A stretch of DNA of 64,000 nt from Sanchytrium tribonematis (taxonomy: Eukaryota), in the NCBI GenBank assembly GCA_018985235.1, contig JADGIG010000006.1, positions 1 to 64,000 of the forward strand, written 5' to 3'. The translations under genes and the position numbers were made by a program. The notes beneath the pieces are model-generated. The model was not told where the DNA came from, ran no database searches, and saw only the letters and a list, made by a program, of their open reading frames with translations. Shown one piece after another: positions 21,810-33,287 of the stretch (within the stretch, counting starts at the first letter, position 1; each line of letters begins with the position of its first letter).

Positions 21810-23197
21810 ATGAAATTCATACAGGAACAACAGCCATTACAACGAGTTCCGGACTCAAAACGTCATATATTACATGAATTAGTTGAAACAGAAAAATCTT
21901 ATGCGCGTCATTTAACAGTAATGTTAACATATTTTAGGGACAACTTTAAAGAACTTCTCAATACACCGGAACAAGTTGTATCAGCACCCTTTGTAAAAAT
22001 TGTTTTTACAGGTATACCAGAACTCCGTGATTTTGCCCTTAAAGTTGCAGATGATTTAGAAAGGGCGTTCCGTCTATGGGAAATGGATGAAGATGAGTCA
22101 GTGGGTATCATTTTTATCAAAAGAAGGGAAGAATTCACAATATATAAAAAATATGTAGATAACTATGCTATTGCAATGAACCAAATTCGTGATGCTCAGC
22201 GGAAAAATCCAGCTTTCGGAGAGTTTTGCAGCAAGGCCAGAGGATCAAAAGAAACAGATAGACAAGACATAACGGATTACATGATTTTGCCAATACAAAG
22301 AATATTAAGATACAGTTTACTATTAAAAGATTTGAAAAAGAAGACACCTGTGTCACACTTTGACTATAACGATTTGAGTCATGCTTTTGATGAAATGAAT
22401 GAATTGTCGACACAATTAAATGAAGTTAAATTGAAAGAAGAAGAAACAACAAGAATGTTTGAATGTGAAAGAGTTGTTGAAGGATTTCCTCCACAAATCA
22501 TTTCAGCCTCAAGAAGATTGATTATTGAAGGCGATGGAATATCACCTTCGCTCCAAAAGGCAGCGATGCACATTGTGGTATTTTCTGACGTTGTAATGCT
22601 CACGAGAATAAAGCAACAAAGGTCCATGTTTAAATTTAGTAGCTCAACATCCTCGAATAATCTTGATGCTAAAAAGTACAAATTTGAGAAACTTATATAT
22701 ATACAAGACATAACCAAAGTATTATTGGATAGTCAGGATGGTAAATTCATTTTAATTTAGACAAGGTTATTTTAAAGATATTTGGTGTTGGTGACAAGCA
22801 TGATACGAAACGAACTGAAGAAATATTTTGTGATTTGGTACTAGAAAAGGATATAGGATCTCAATTAGAACAAGTTTTGAAGTTGAGATTAAAAGAATAT
22901 AGAAGAGCTTCTGTAGAAAATAAACCACAAGTGGAAATTGTAAAATTAAGCAAATTGAATGGAGGAGACATAATCGACCTTGAAGAAACTTCATCTATTG
23001 AATCAAATAATACAAATACATCGAGTGTCACAGCGTTGGCTGGCTATTTATTTAAATCAAAAAGCAAAAGTCAAGAAAATAAGACTGAGGACCTGGTGTC
23101 GAGGTCGCAATCGCTGCATTCCAATTCCAGAAGCGGTTCGAGGAATAGTACACTTAAGGCAAATGTGATGTCGCCAGCTAGTGCAAAGTCGCAATAA
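21810..23197 (+). CDS. RhoGEF (DH-PH); exons 21810-22740, 22761-23197 (alternative ATG at 21732)
   Basis: ELVETEKSY, ILPIQRILRYSLLLKDLKKKTP, followed by a PH-like region. Confidence 0.92.
22741..22760 (+). other. 20-nt intron gtaaattcattttaatttag
   Basis: Removal joins SQD|DKVILKIF in frame to the 22835-23197 ORF. Confidence 0.88.
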
Positions 23198-23289
23198 TAT
23201 GTAACAATAAATTTGTAATAAACTTAAATAAAATTTTAATAATTCGGACAATAACAGAGTGAAAAAGGCTAGACCAGCTAGTTTCACCG

Positions 23290-24057
23290 TTAAAATATTG
23301 CAGATTGAAGCAATTTGATGTAATCCTCGTCAATACGAAACCTTTTTCCCTTTAATTTTTCCAAAGAATGAAGCGGAGGTAATTTTGTCATCTTATGTAT
23401 AGAAAAAAGAGGTGAAGCCGATGCGGTAGATGTAGATGAAGTGATTAATTTTTCTGGAATGGAAGTAGAAGGGTTCCTGGAATGATTGATGGCGGAATCT
23501 GAATGTGGTGAATTTGGATGCTTATTGGATTTCAGCTTGATATCATCAAGAAATGGGACTTCCACAGTAGGTCTAACAGCTTCGTTAAGCTGAGGGTCGA
23601 ACATCATAAGTGGAGAATTTTCACCACCCACAAAATAATATTCTTTAGGGACCTCAATGCTGGATAGGGTATCTGATGGCCTCTTTAATATAGGTATATC
23701 GCTTTCGTAATAATAACAAATAATATGAAATTTTTCGCCGCTTATAGTTCTTGCGCATAAAGTTTTCTTTCTCATTGGATGTTCAGCTTTTGTTTCCTTA
23801 TAAATTAGGAATCTACCCTTCAATCGAGAATTGCTCCAATTTCTGCCGTCAGTCCATCTACGAATATTGACTTCAGCTTCATTCCAAACAAAAATTGAAC
23901 CGCTTTGAACTAATCCATGTTCTTGTTGGGCTAATCTGTGGTTTACCTTTTGAATTTGTCCCATTCTAGCTGATTCTATAAGCAAAATTCCATCTTGTAA
24001 TGTGTCAATATAACCTGAGTACGAAGTCATGGTTTGCGGCAAATAGAACTTGACCAT
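23290..24057 (-). CDS. Gti1/Pac2 (WOPR) family transcription factor
   Basis: SGSIFVW.E...IRRWTDGRNWSNSR..GRFLIYKE, KKT, FHIICYY. Confidence 0.93.
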   Translation of the reverse strand: MVKFYLPQTMTSYSGYIDTLQDGILLIESARMGQIQKVNHRLAQQEHGLVQSGSIFVWNEAEVNIRRWTDGRNWSNSRLKGRFLIYKETKAEHPMRKKTLCARTISGEKFHIICYYYESDIPILKRPSDTLSSIEVPKEYYFVGGENSPLMMFDPQLNEAVRPTVEVPFLDDIKLKSNKHPNSPHSDSAINHSRNPSTSIPEKLITSSTSTASASPLFSIHKMTKLPPLHSLEKLKGKRFRIDEDYIKLLQSAIF

Positions 24058-24539
24058 CTTAAATGACTAGAAATCACGCTGTCAAAGCTTTAAACCAATC
24101 AAATCTGCCCCAACAGCGAAAAAGTCGATCACATTGCCAAGGGGTAATTAAACTATTGTGCTTGATATGAACCAGAATCAGCTTTGGTGAGATATATAAA
24201 TTTACTAAGATGGAATTTCAACATTTGGTGCCTCGTCGATTGCCCTTGAGACTGGTATCGGGCTTGGTCTTCTATTCTTATTGTACATTGCATAAGAGGC
24301 CAGATAAAGCATCATTCTCGTTTAATGGTTCTAACGTCTCAAGTTTGTTCTAGAGAATATATAGCTGAATGACGCGTCTTTGATTCGCTGTCTAAATATG
24401 AATTGTATCCACCAATAATCTACAAGAAGCTCTATTTTCGCTATGTCTAAAGATGTTTGACAAATTTCTTATAAATGCATTTCGTCGGATCAATTGTAAA
24501 GTTTGCACCACCAACTTCAATGATTCGAATCTATGTTTC

Positions 24540-24923
24540 ATGTGGAGAAGTGTTGTTACACTAGCAATAATTGTTGGTAGTTACTTTTACATACAAACGA
24601 ATCAAATGGCCGGGAAAAGTACAGCTTTGATATATTCGTTAAAATTTGAGGTATCCGGTAAAGTTCAGCGAGTTTTTTTCCGTAAACATACAAAAGAATT
24701 TGCGGACATGGTAAAACTGCGAGGATATGTCCAAAATATGCCAAGCGGGACTGTGAAAGGTGAAGCACAAGGCCCTTTACCTGATATTGAAAAATTGAAA
24801 GAATTTTTGACTACTGAAGGTTCACCATTGTCAATAATCGAGCGACTTGATTCCAATATTCAAGAAATCCCAAATTTTACATACGAAGGATTTAAAATCA
24901 TTAAGAGAAATAAGAACGGGTAA
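24540..24923 (+). CDS. Acylphosphatase (alternative start at 24606)
   Basis: FEVSGKVQRVFFRKHT, GYVQN..GTVKGEAQG, GSP. Confidence 0.92.
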   Translation: MWRSVVTLAIIVGSYFYIQTNQMAGKSTALIYSLKFEVSGKVQRVFFRKHTKEFADMVKLRGYVQNMPSGTVKGEAQGPLPDIEKLKEFLTTEGSPLSIIERLDSNIQEIPNFTYEGFKIIKRNKNG

Positions 24924-25013
24924 ATACCAAGCAATAAAGCGAATTTACTGACACCAATCAAGGGTACTTGGTTCATCATAGACTCATAAAATCACGATTG
25001 TACTTTTTCACGG

Positions 25014-25358
25014 ATGTTCTCTTTGTTGTTAGCTATTTTGGCCCAAACAAACAGTAGTATGAAGATTCCCACAAGTTCAAAAGATCAGTTGTCTGAAATT
25101 CTTAAAGCACATCCCGAGTTTGCATCTTTAACTGGTTCGGATTTACAACAAATCGCGGATGATCCAGCTTTGTCAGCCCAGATTGCCCAAGATGCTAATA
25201 ATGGCAATATATCAAATTCAACCTTAAGTGCAGTTTCTGATAAAGTATCTGGTGAGGATAGTGACCCACAAACAACTTCCAACCCTAAAAATTCTTCAAA
25301 TAGCGGTGGATTCATATTTGCATCCTCCATTTATGTGATCTGGTCATTTGCTATTTAA
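25014..25358 (+). CDS. Small secreted Ser-rich protein, probably GPI-anchored
   Basis: Signal-like N-terminus, S/N-rich omega-like region, hydrophobic C-terminus; stop fused to AATAAA. Confidence 0.65.
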   Translation: MFSLLLAILAQTNSSMKIPTSSKDQLSEILKAHPEFASLTGSDLQQIADDPALSAQIAQDANNGNISNSTLSAVSDKVSGEDSDPQTTSNPKNSSNSGGFIFASSIYVIWSFAI

Positions 25359-25498
25359 TAAAATCACTTGTTCCTCAATTGCTGAACAAATGTCAAAACA
25401 ATGATTTGCATGTGGCTGATGCGTCGTATATGATCAGGTCACGCTAACTGTGTCATTCTCGTCTAATTTGCACAAAAAGGGGATGAATCTACACTAAC

Positions 25499-26116
25499 AT
25501 GTCAAGATTTTTAAAGCTCCATCACTTAAATATTAATTTAAAAAATTTGATTAAGGATTTTAAGGGGCTCAAACCTGATCCTTATATTAAAGAGGGGTAT
25601 AGGCATAAGAGCATTGTTAGATTTAGAGTCACTAAAAATGGACTGGTGCGAGCCGAACATGGTCCATTATTTCAAAGCAAGCAGTTCAATCCTACACACG
25701 GCAATCTTAAAAGGGAATACCCGGAGTATGATCCTTGTCCTGAAGCTATGAAAGTTATTAAAGAGTTTGTCAAAAAGTCAAAAGCAAAAATCGGTGATGA
25801 ACTGTTGGTTCAAGCCCAGAGAGTCATTTGTAAAGAAAACTTGGTAGGGCATCCTAGTGTAGAGGGCTGGCATCGAGATGGGGTGAAGGCAATCGGACTA
25901 TTTAGCGTCGATCGCCATAATATAAAGGGCGGAATTTCGCAATTTCGAGACACTAAAAAGCAAATTTTCTTTGACCAAGTGTTAGAACCTGGAAAATTGG
26001 CAATATTTGAAGATGAACAAATGGAGCATCGAGTGACTCCTGTTGTTCCCGAAAACAAAGCAGCGCAAGGTTATCGGGATGTCATCTTAATGGCACACCC
26101 CGCTAACAGAACATAG
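25499..26116 (+). CDS. 2OG-Fe(II) dioxygenase (2OG-Fe_Oxy_2/BsmA-like)
   Basis: DPY....YR, LFQSKQFNP.HG...R.Y, EGWHRDG (HxD), HRVTP, GYRDV. Confidence 0.85.
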   Translation: MSRFLKLHHLNINLKNLIKDFKGLKPDPYIKEGYRHKSIVRFRVTKNGLVRAEHGPLFQSKQFNPTHGNLKREYPEYDPCPEAMKVIKEFVKKSKAKIGDELLVQAQRVICKENLVGHPSVEGWHRDGVKAIGLFSVDRHNIKGGISQFRDTKKQIFFDQVLEPGKLAIFEDEQMEHRVTPVVPENKAAQGYRDVILMAHPANRT

Positions 26117-26144
26117 CAGTAAAGTATTTATTCATTCACCCACT

Positions 26145-26993
26145 TCAATTTTCAAATATACCTGCTATTGCTTGCTTTTGTTTCCAAGTAAGTTGTGGGT
26201 AATGGACTATAAAGTTGACAATCAAATTTCCAAAGATACCCTCGTACTCCAGACCAGCACCTTTTATTACACATGTATCGCCGGTTACATATATTGTCTC
26301 TGCATTTCCCGAAAGAGTTGAAATTTTCACAGATCCACCACATAGACGAGTTTTTAAGTCAACAACGCACGAACAACATAAATCTAGGTTCAATCTTTGA
26401 TATACTGGATGTTCCAAAACTATAATCATAACTTCAATATCATTGGAAATTGTAAGCGGCAATATATCCCCTTTTTCCTTATAAGTTACTGTGTATCCAG
26501 ACAAAGCAGCTTTCGGAATCAAAACGTTCAATGAGCAGCTTTCCGTTGAGATTAAATTATCTTTAAATACTTTTCTCTCAAAGGGGATAAGCTTTTCAAC
26601 TCCAATTAAAACCTCCTCTAGTGTCACTTGCAATTCAATTTTTTTTGTAGGAAGCTTGGATATTTTTGTTTTTAAAGGACAAATTGACTCAATCATTTGT
26701 GTATCTTTCGCGAATTCCAGTGACATTGAAAATGCTTCCTTAATTGTACGATTAATATCCCCATGATATTGATAAGCTTCAAATCCTTCAAAGTCCCCCA
26801 TAGGTGGAAGTCCAGAATGCAAGACTCCATAACCATATGCATCATAAATTGGCTTCCAATTACTTGATAGCACCTCCAAGGCTTCACCTAAGATTTCCTT
26901 CTCTTCTGCATACATTACATGCTTTTTAAAGCTGTTGAGAATTTGCAGCGAGTCTGCATCTCTAGGCAAATGTAAAATCGAATAATAATCCAT
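26145..26993 (-). CDS. Degenerate class-B DnaJ protein, DNAJB13/RSPH16-like
   Basis: MDYYSIL, EALEVLS, YDAYG, YQYHGD, VTLEEVLIG.EK, HPVYQR..LDL, GNLIVNF; no HPD motif. Confidence 0.7.
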   Translation of the reverse strand: MDYYSILHLPRDADSLQILNSFKKHVMYAEEKEILGEALEVLSSNWKPIYDAYGYGVLHSGLPPMGDFEGFEAYQYHGDINRTIKEAFSMSLEFAKDTQMIESICPLKTKISKLPTKKIELQVTLEEVLIGVEKLIPFERKVFKDNLISTESCSLNVLIPKAALSGYTVTYKEKGDILPLTISNDIEVMIIVLEHPVYQRLNLDLCCSCVVDLKTRLCGGSVKISTLSGNAETIYVTGDTCVIKGAGLEYEGIFGNLIVNFIVHYPQLTWKQKQAIAGIFEN

Positions 26994-27039
26994 TATAAAT
27001 TAAATTTGTTGCAGAAATTTAAAACAGACAAATTTTTAT

Positions 27040-28450
27040 CGTATATTAGTCATTATTTACTGTCTTTATATAGAAACTCGAATCAGTTAGAGATGATTTG
27101 ATGCAAGCTCTAACAAGTATTTTTGATTGGACCAAGGAATTTTCCCAATCTTTAAAAGAACGTCATTCCCTCTAGTTAACAAAAATGGATCATCTTCAAT
27201 ATCTCACTATGGTGGTATATTTAAAACACGAAATCGAGAGAATAGAAGCAGACTCAGGTGCAAAACTTTCCCTAGATTAAGCGACTATTGAAAACTTGAT
27301 TTTACAATTTTAAGTTATTGTGCAGGTCAATCATTAATTTTCATCTATACCAAACTAAAATTTTCTTTAGATATGCCTTAACATTGGACTGATAGTCAAA
27401 GGGAAGCTTATTGTAGAGCATAGTGATATTATCTAAGCTCGATCAATTTTATAAAGAATAAAGCTGCGAAAAGTTTGAAGAAATCTATAATTGTTTTTAA
27501 CCGCAGTTAGTAATTACGTTTGCGAGGCGACTAATCAAAGACTGAAACTGGAAACAATGACATTTAATGGCATCGCATCACTTCAGAATGAACATTCGGT
27601 CCAAAAATTAACATTGTGCGATTGGAATCAAAATGAAATATTGATCTTAATTTTAATTACCGAGACTGTACAATTAAGGAATGTAAACTTAAAATAGGAC
27701 TGTTAATGGCGTCCTCACTACTAATTATATGCACTAACGAATCATTTCTAAAAATTTCAGAATGAATTTCTGACCCAAAAATCAATATTGTGCGATCAGA
27801 CTCATCTAAAACATTTGATTAAAATTTTAATCCACTGGAAAAGGGAAGAAGGGCTTTCAATGACATCGGGTCACCACTATCAATATGCATTTCAGAATGA
27901 ACTTGAAACCCAGAATTTAGCATTGTGCATCAGTTTGAAAAGTCAAATCACTTTCTGTTTGAATTACATTGGAGAATAGGAGATCACTCAAGCGATAAAT
28001 ATAGAAACTATATTTCGCGCATTTTGCAATTTATTGGAATTAAAGGGATACCTAGAAAATTAGCATCAAAAAAGAAAGATTTGTCAGATTCGAAATTTAT
28101 CATAATTGTGACTTCTAATATTTGACGAACCTAATCGCAAATCTTAATTTTTGCCGAAGAAAAACAAATCAATCAATTTGACTTACAATTACACGACTTG
28201 GGTATTGGAATCTAAGATACGCTTGAAGAAAAACAAATCAATCAATTTGAATAAGAATTACACGACTTGAGTATTGAAATCTAAGATACACTTGGAAAAT
28301 TTTTCGTAAAATAAGTTGCAGGACCTAATTCAATTTCTGGAATTCAACCTTCGGTGAAGTGGATGAATTAAACTTTAAAGGGCAGTAATATCAACAAAAT
28401 CGAGCCCGGTAATTTTATTTAATATAAGGAAATGTATTAAACCAATTCGT
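27040..28450 (+). pseudogene. ORF-poor block, possible decayed gene with LRR-like periodicity
   Basis: 1.4 kb with only short broken ORFs in an otherwise gapless genome; contains a 69-bp (23-codon) duplication with stops. Confidence 0.3.
28156..28293 (+). repeat. 2 x 69-bp direct tandem repeat
   Basis: Copies start at 28156 and 28225 (gaagaaaaacaaatcaatcaatttga...ctaagatacRctt); 63/69 identical by manual count. Confidence 0.92.
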
Positions 28451-28502
28451 CAGAATTAAAAATACGATTATTTGGTAACTGTTTATTACTTAGTAGTCAA
28501 GG

Positions 28503-29159
28503 TTAACCAGGCGGTAGTTGCGTGATATCGACTTCTTCTACCTCTTCAGTTGTATCTTTAGATTCTTGCAATTCTAAATGGCCTCGTGTCATTGTCATCA
28601 TACCCGACCTAGACATTTCCACAACCCCGAACTCTCTAACAACATTTAAAAAGGCGTCTATTCTGGTGGGTTTTGCTGCAAATTCTACTGTCACAGTGTC
28701 AAGTGTAACATCTACGACATGGGCATTGAATAAATCAGCGATCACTTTGATTTTGGATAATTGATCTTCCCCACTTTCAGAAATGACACAAAGCTTAACC
28801 AGACACAATTCTCTGTCAATTCTCCTTGACTTGGTATAATCAATTACTGCCCAAACTGGAACAAGATCTTCTAATTGCTTTTTGGCTTGTACTATTGTAT
28901 TGTCAGTACCTCTCAAAGCAATCGTCATTCTGCTCAAATCTGTCACTTCTGTTGTTGCCACTACTAAACTATCGATGTTAAATCCTCTTGCGGCTAAAAT
29001 ACCAGATATTCTTGATAGTACACCAGGTTCATTTTGAACTAAACAAGCAAGAATGTGGGGTGACTTTGGATGACTTACTTTCGGTACATTGTACAATATA
29101 TTACTAACCGCTTCTTCGACAGATTTTCGTTTCAACAAATGACGAGAAATCCGAAGCAT
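28503..29159 (-). CDS. ILV6: Acetolactate synthase small (regulatory) subunit, mitochondrial
   Basis: CLVQNEPGVLSRISGILAARGFNIDSLVV, KQLEDLVPVWAV, C-terminal LPPG. Confidence 0.96.
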   Translation of the reverse strand: MLRISRHLLKRKSVEEAVSNILYNVPKVSHPKSPHILACLVQNEPGVLSRISGILAARGFNIDSLVVATTEVTDLSRMTIALRGTDNTIVQAKKQLEDLVPVWAVIDYTKSRRIDRELCLVKLCVISESGEDQLSKIKVIADLFNAHVVDVTLDTVTVEFAAKPTRIDAFLNVVREFGVVEMSRSGMMTMTRGHLELQESKDTTEEVEEVDITQLPPG

Positions 29160-29169
29160 GGAGATTCAA

Positions 29170-30062
29170 GAATTATTCGAATTTTATTGTATTCATTCCA
29201 TTTTATCACATTGTCAACCATCCCAATACCAATGAGTGACTGGATAGCTATAAGTGAGAATATCGCAATTTGTGACAAAATGGCGATAAGCCCTAAAACC
29301 GCAGGATCTATAATAATTTCTGTCAATAGTAGGGTGTTGACTAATAGCTCCAATAAGCTATGCATGAGCAATCAACGAATAGGGTCCTGTTACATCGCCG
29401 GTAAGTTGGCAAAATATTTGCTGGGATGCATTTATACAAATTGGAAACATCAAAAATCCAAAAAGATAAAGACCTGATCCAATGGAATTTTTTAATATCA
29501 AATGGAATGCTTGATAATGTAGTTACATGATGAGATAAACAAGTATTGATGTTGCCTACTACAGGAATGAGCTGCAATGCCAAAAGGGTATTTGAAATAA
29601 ATTGAAGATCCACAATGCATAATTTACAAAGTAGTGCCACTCGATTGCCACTTGAAGAGGCCCAATTTGTTGCTCGTGTTAAGATAGATCACCCAGGCGA
29701 TATTTACAAGGCTTTGCACCATATCGGACTCGATCGCAACAAGACTAGTGCGATTAAAATCATTAATCATTCAAATAAATTTTTCTCTCTCAAACAATTG
29801 CACCATTTTGCCAGAATTTAATTTCTTCTGCACATCTGAGTAAAATTGGCCATTCAGTCGACCAAGTCGAGAAAGCACAAATTTCTTGAACATAGACTAT
29901 ATAGCAAAGCAAATGAATCAACATCTCAAATTTTGCCCAATGGATTTATCATACAGATGTTATCATAAAATATATCCTGAAAGTTGTAATTGCCATAAAA
30001 ACGCCAGTGCAAATTCTGTAAATTAGTTTGCAGTCTCTAATAAAGTATAATTGATGATTCAT
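29170..30062 (-). pseudogene. Possible decayed membrane-protein gene
   Basis: Several hydrophobic minus-strand fragments broken by stops and frameshifts; I found no consensus micro-intron that repairs them. Confidence 0.25.
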
Positions 30063-30175
30063 CAAGAATTGGCGGCAATCGACAGACAATAGTGTCTATG
30101 TTCAATTTTAATTTTTAATATCTTTGTAACAAAGTGGGTACCTTTATGAACCAACTTCGACTCCTTCTAAACAAT

Positions 30176-30889
30176 ATGCGCAAACCTTTTGTAGGTGGAA
30201 ACTGGAAAATGAATGGAAGTAGCGCATTTACATCAGAATATGCAACTTGGTCTTCTAAAATCGACAAGGTAGATGTGATGGTCAGTCCCCCATTTGTGTA
30301 TTTGCAAGAAGCAGCCAAGAAACTTCCTTTTATTGTAGCTGCCCAAAATTGCTATTCTAAAGAAAGTGGAGCATTTACCGGTGAAGTATCGCCACAAATG
30401 TTGAAAGATATCGGAGTCAAATGGGTTATTCTCGGTCACTCTGAAAGAAGACAATTATTTGGAGAAAGTAGTCAAGTTGTTGCCGAAAAGACAAATTATG
30501 CTTTGGAACAAAACCTGAGTGTTGTAGTATGCATCGGTGAAACCTTGGAAGAGAGAGAAGCAGGCAAGACACTTGATGTTATCAATGAACAAATGGAATT
30601 TTTGAAAGGAGTTTCCAAATGGGAAAATATCGTCATTGCTTATGAACCAGTTTGGGCTATAGGAACAGGCAAGGTTGCCACCCCGGAGCAGGCACAAGAG
30701 GTTCATGCACATATTCGTAAAAGTATTCCAGAAGGAGTTAGAGTCATTTATGGTGGATCTGTTAAAGGAAGCAACGCTGAGTCATTGATGGTCAAAGAAG
30801 ATATTGATGGATTTTTGGTTGGGGGAGCTAGTTTAAAGAAGGAATTTTTTGATATCTGTAAAATTGCAGCAAACCATTCCAAAAATTAA
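30176..30889 (+). CDS. TPI1: Triosephosphate isomerase (in-frame upstream ATG at 30146)
   Basis: GGNWKMN, GHSERR, AYEPVWAIGTG, YGGSV, FLVGGASL. Confidence 0.98.
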   Translation: MRKPFVGGNWKMNGSSAFTSEYATWSSKIDKVDVMVSPPFVYLQEAAKKLPFIVAAQNCYSKESGAFTGEVSPQMLKDIGVKWVILGHSERRQLFGESSQVVAEKTNYALEQNLSVVVCIGETLEEREAGKTLDVINEQMEFLKGVSKWENIVIAYEPVWAIGTGKVATPEQAQEVHAHIRKSIPEGVRVIYGGSVKGSNAESLMVKEDIDGFLVGGASLKKEFFDICKIAANHSKN

Positions 30890-30915
30890 AAGTAAATTCG
30901 ATCAAGTCAATTTAT

Positions 30916-33051
30916 TTAATCGACTTCTTCCATCTTAGAAACTTCAGCAACTTCCTCAGGAGCTGGGATGTTGTCAACGACAGCATCATCTTCAATGCTT
31001 AAACCTAATTTGATCATTCTGTGAATTCTGTTAGCAAAGACAGATGGATCATCCAAAGAAAATCCAGATGACAATAGAGAGGTGTCGAACAACAACAATG
31101 TCAAGTCCTTGACTGTTTTATCTGCGTTGTCTTCGTCAAATTTAGCTTTTAATGCTTTAACAATAGAGTGGTTTGGGTTCAATTCCAAGGTCTTCTTTGA
31201 AGCCATATAGCTACTCATGCTGCTATCACGTAAAGCTTGAGCTTTCATAATACGTTCCATGTTGGCAGACCATCCGAATTCTCCTGTAACCAAAACACAA
31301 GGAGATTGAACAATTCTGTGAGAGATGTTACATTTCTCAATTTTGTCTCCCAAAATGTTCTTGATTTCTTTCAATAATGGTTCATATGCTTGCTTCTCTT
31401 CTTCTTGTCTTTTCTTCTCTTCTTCATCTTCCTCAAATTCTAATCCTTCTTTGGTAATACATTGTAGTTTCTTACCATCGAATTCTTTCAATTGTTGAAC
31501 AGCGTACTCGTCGATAGGGTCAACCATATACAAGACCTCAAATCCACGTTGCTTCAATCCTTCCAAGAATGGACTGTTTTCAACTTGTGCTTTACTTTCA
31601 CCAGTGATGTAGTAAATGTTCTTTTGCTTCTCTGGCATTCTGGTGACGTAGTCTTTCAAAGAAGTCCATTCTTCTCCACTCTTTGAAGAGTAGAATCTCA
31701 ATAATTCAGCCAATTTAGGTCTGTTGGTGGTGTCTTCATGAATTCCTAATTTCAAGTTCTTTGCAAAAGCTTCGTAAAACTTTTTAAATTGATCCTTGTC
31801 TTCTGCAATTTCAGAAAACATTTCCAAACACTTCTTAACCAAGTTCTTTCTAATGACTTTCAAGATTTTGTTTTGTTGCAACATTTCACGAGAAATGTTC
31901 AAAGGCAGATCTTCGCTGTCAACTACACCTTTGACAAAACTTAGCCATTCCGGAATAATTTCTTCACAATCATCCATGATAAAGACACGTCTTACGTATA
32001 ATTTAATGTTGTTTCTCTTCTTCTTAGATTCGAACATGTCGAATGGAGCACGTTGTGGAATAAATAAGAGCGCTTTGAATTCTAATTGACCCTCGACAGA
32101 GAAATGTTTGACAGCCAAATGGTCTTCCCAGTCATTGGAGATGGCTTTATAAAATGCAGAGTACTCTTCATTTGTAATTTCTTCAGGGTTTCTTGTCCAT
32201 AGTGGTTTAGTTTTGTTTAATTCTTCCATTTCGATTTTGGTTTCCTTAATTTTCTTGGTCTTTTTCTTCTTTTCTGCTTCTTCGTCCTCGTTGATTTCTT
32301 CAACCTTAGGCTCGTCATCTTTAGTTTCAGCATCATCAGTGACTTCTTCGACTTTCTTCTCTGCGTCAGCCATGTCCTCATCAGCTTCATCATCAGTGAC
32401 TTCTTTTTCTTCTTCTTTTTCGACTTGAAGACTAATTGGATAACCAATAAATTCACTGTGTTTCTTAACAATATCCTTAATTTTCTTTTCTTCTAAATAT
32501 TCTTGTTGATCTTCTTTCAAATGTAATCTGATCATAGTTCCTCTTCCCAAATCATTTCCACTTTCGTCGCGAACAACAGTAAAGCTACCATCAGCTGCAG
32601 AGCTCCAGATGTATTGTTCATCGTCATTGTGCTTAGTGATAACTTCAACACGATCAGCAACCAAAAAGGCAGAGTAAAATCCCACACCAAATTGACCGAT
32701 CATGCTCATATCTGCACCAGAACTAACTGCTTCCATAAAGGCACGTGTACCAGATCTAGCGATGGTTCCCAAGTTGTTAATCAAATCAGCTTTTGTCATA
32801 CCAACACCAGTATCACGAATAGTTAATACCTTCTCGTCTTTCATTGGGACTACCTCGATTTTCAACTCTTTCTCACTCTCTAAGACAGATGGGTCTGTCA
32901 AAGATTGATATCGGACCTTATCCAAAGCATCACTACAATTGGAAATCAATTCCCTTAAGAAGATTTCCTTATTGGAGTAAAAGGTGTTGATGATCAAACT
33001 CATCAATTGAGAGATTTCTGCTTGAAATGTGAATGTTTCGCCAGTTGTCAT
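30916..33051 (-). CDS. HSP90: Cytosolic Hsp90
   Basis: [34 protein letters not shown]...MEEVD; intronless. Confidence 0.99.
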   Translation of the reverse strand: MTTGETFTFQAEISQLMSLIINTFYSNKEIFLRELISNCSDALDKVRYQSLTDPSVLESEKELKIEVVPMKDEKVLTIRDTGVGMTKADLINNLGTIARSGTRAFMEAVSSGADMSMIGQFGVGFYSAFLVADRVEVITKHNDDEQYIWSSAADGSFTVVRDESGNDLGRGTMIRLHLKEDQQEYLEEKKIKDIVKKHSEFIGYPISLQVEKEEEKEVTDDEADEDMADAEKKVEEVTDDAETKDDEPKVEEINEDEEAEKKKKTKKIKETKIEMEELNKTKPLWTRNPEEITNEEYSAFYKAISNDWEDHLAVKHFSVEGQLEFKALLFIPQRAPFDMFESKKKRNNIKLYVRRVFIMDDCEEIIPEWLSFVKGVVDSEDLPLNISREMLQQNKILKVIRKNLVKKCLEMFSEIAEDKDQFKKFYEAFAKNLKLGIHEDTTNRPKLAELLRFYSSKSGEEWTSLKDYVTRMPEKQKNIYYITGESKAQVENSPFLEGLKQRGFEVLYMVDPIDEYAVQQLKEFDGKKLQCITKEGLEFEEDEEEKKRQEEEKQAYEPLLKEIKNILGDKIEKCNISHRIVQSPCVLVTGEFGWSANMERIMKAQALRDSSMSSYMASKKTLELNPNHSIVKALKAKFDEDNADKTVKDLTLLLFDTSLLSSGFSLDDPSVFANRIHRMIKLGLSIEDDAVVDNIPAPEEVAEVSKMEEVD

Positions 33052-33091
33052 GTACAAAACGGGGAGCGACTGCAATTTATGCACAGCGATC

Positions 33092-33111
33092 CTTCTCGAA
33101 GCCCCTCGAAG
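33092..33111. promoter_or_regulatory. Heat-shock-element-like motif upstream of HSP90
   Basis: cTTCtcGAAgcccctcGAAg, about 40-60 nt upstream of the ATG (gapped nGAAn array). Confidence 0.5.
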
Positions 33112-33287
33112 TGTCAGATTATAACCAATCAAGATCATTGTGTTCAAAGTGATTGGTATAATTGGAAGCCGTTGCCTGCATCGTCTGTCGCCGTCTGTTT
33201 GAGTAACGGAGCTTTAATTAAGTTTTTTTGATTATGTTTTATGAAAAATTCGGAATTTTTAACTATCGCAAGACAAACTCTTTTTAC

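Noticed and set aside
28156..28293. 69-bp repeat as a CRISPR array or transposon end
   Set aside because: Two directly abutting copies with no spacer, no inverted termini and no transposase nearby.
30870..30895. Cryptic peroxisomal targeting of TPI by read-through
   Set aside because: It ends HSKN*, and read-through adds only K before another TAA, giving no SKL-type signal.
31492..32908. Antisense ORFs over HSP90, and similar shadow ORFs over other genes
   Set aside because: They are by-products of codon bias on the opposite strand or frame of well-supported genes and carry no recognisable motifs.
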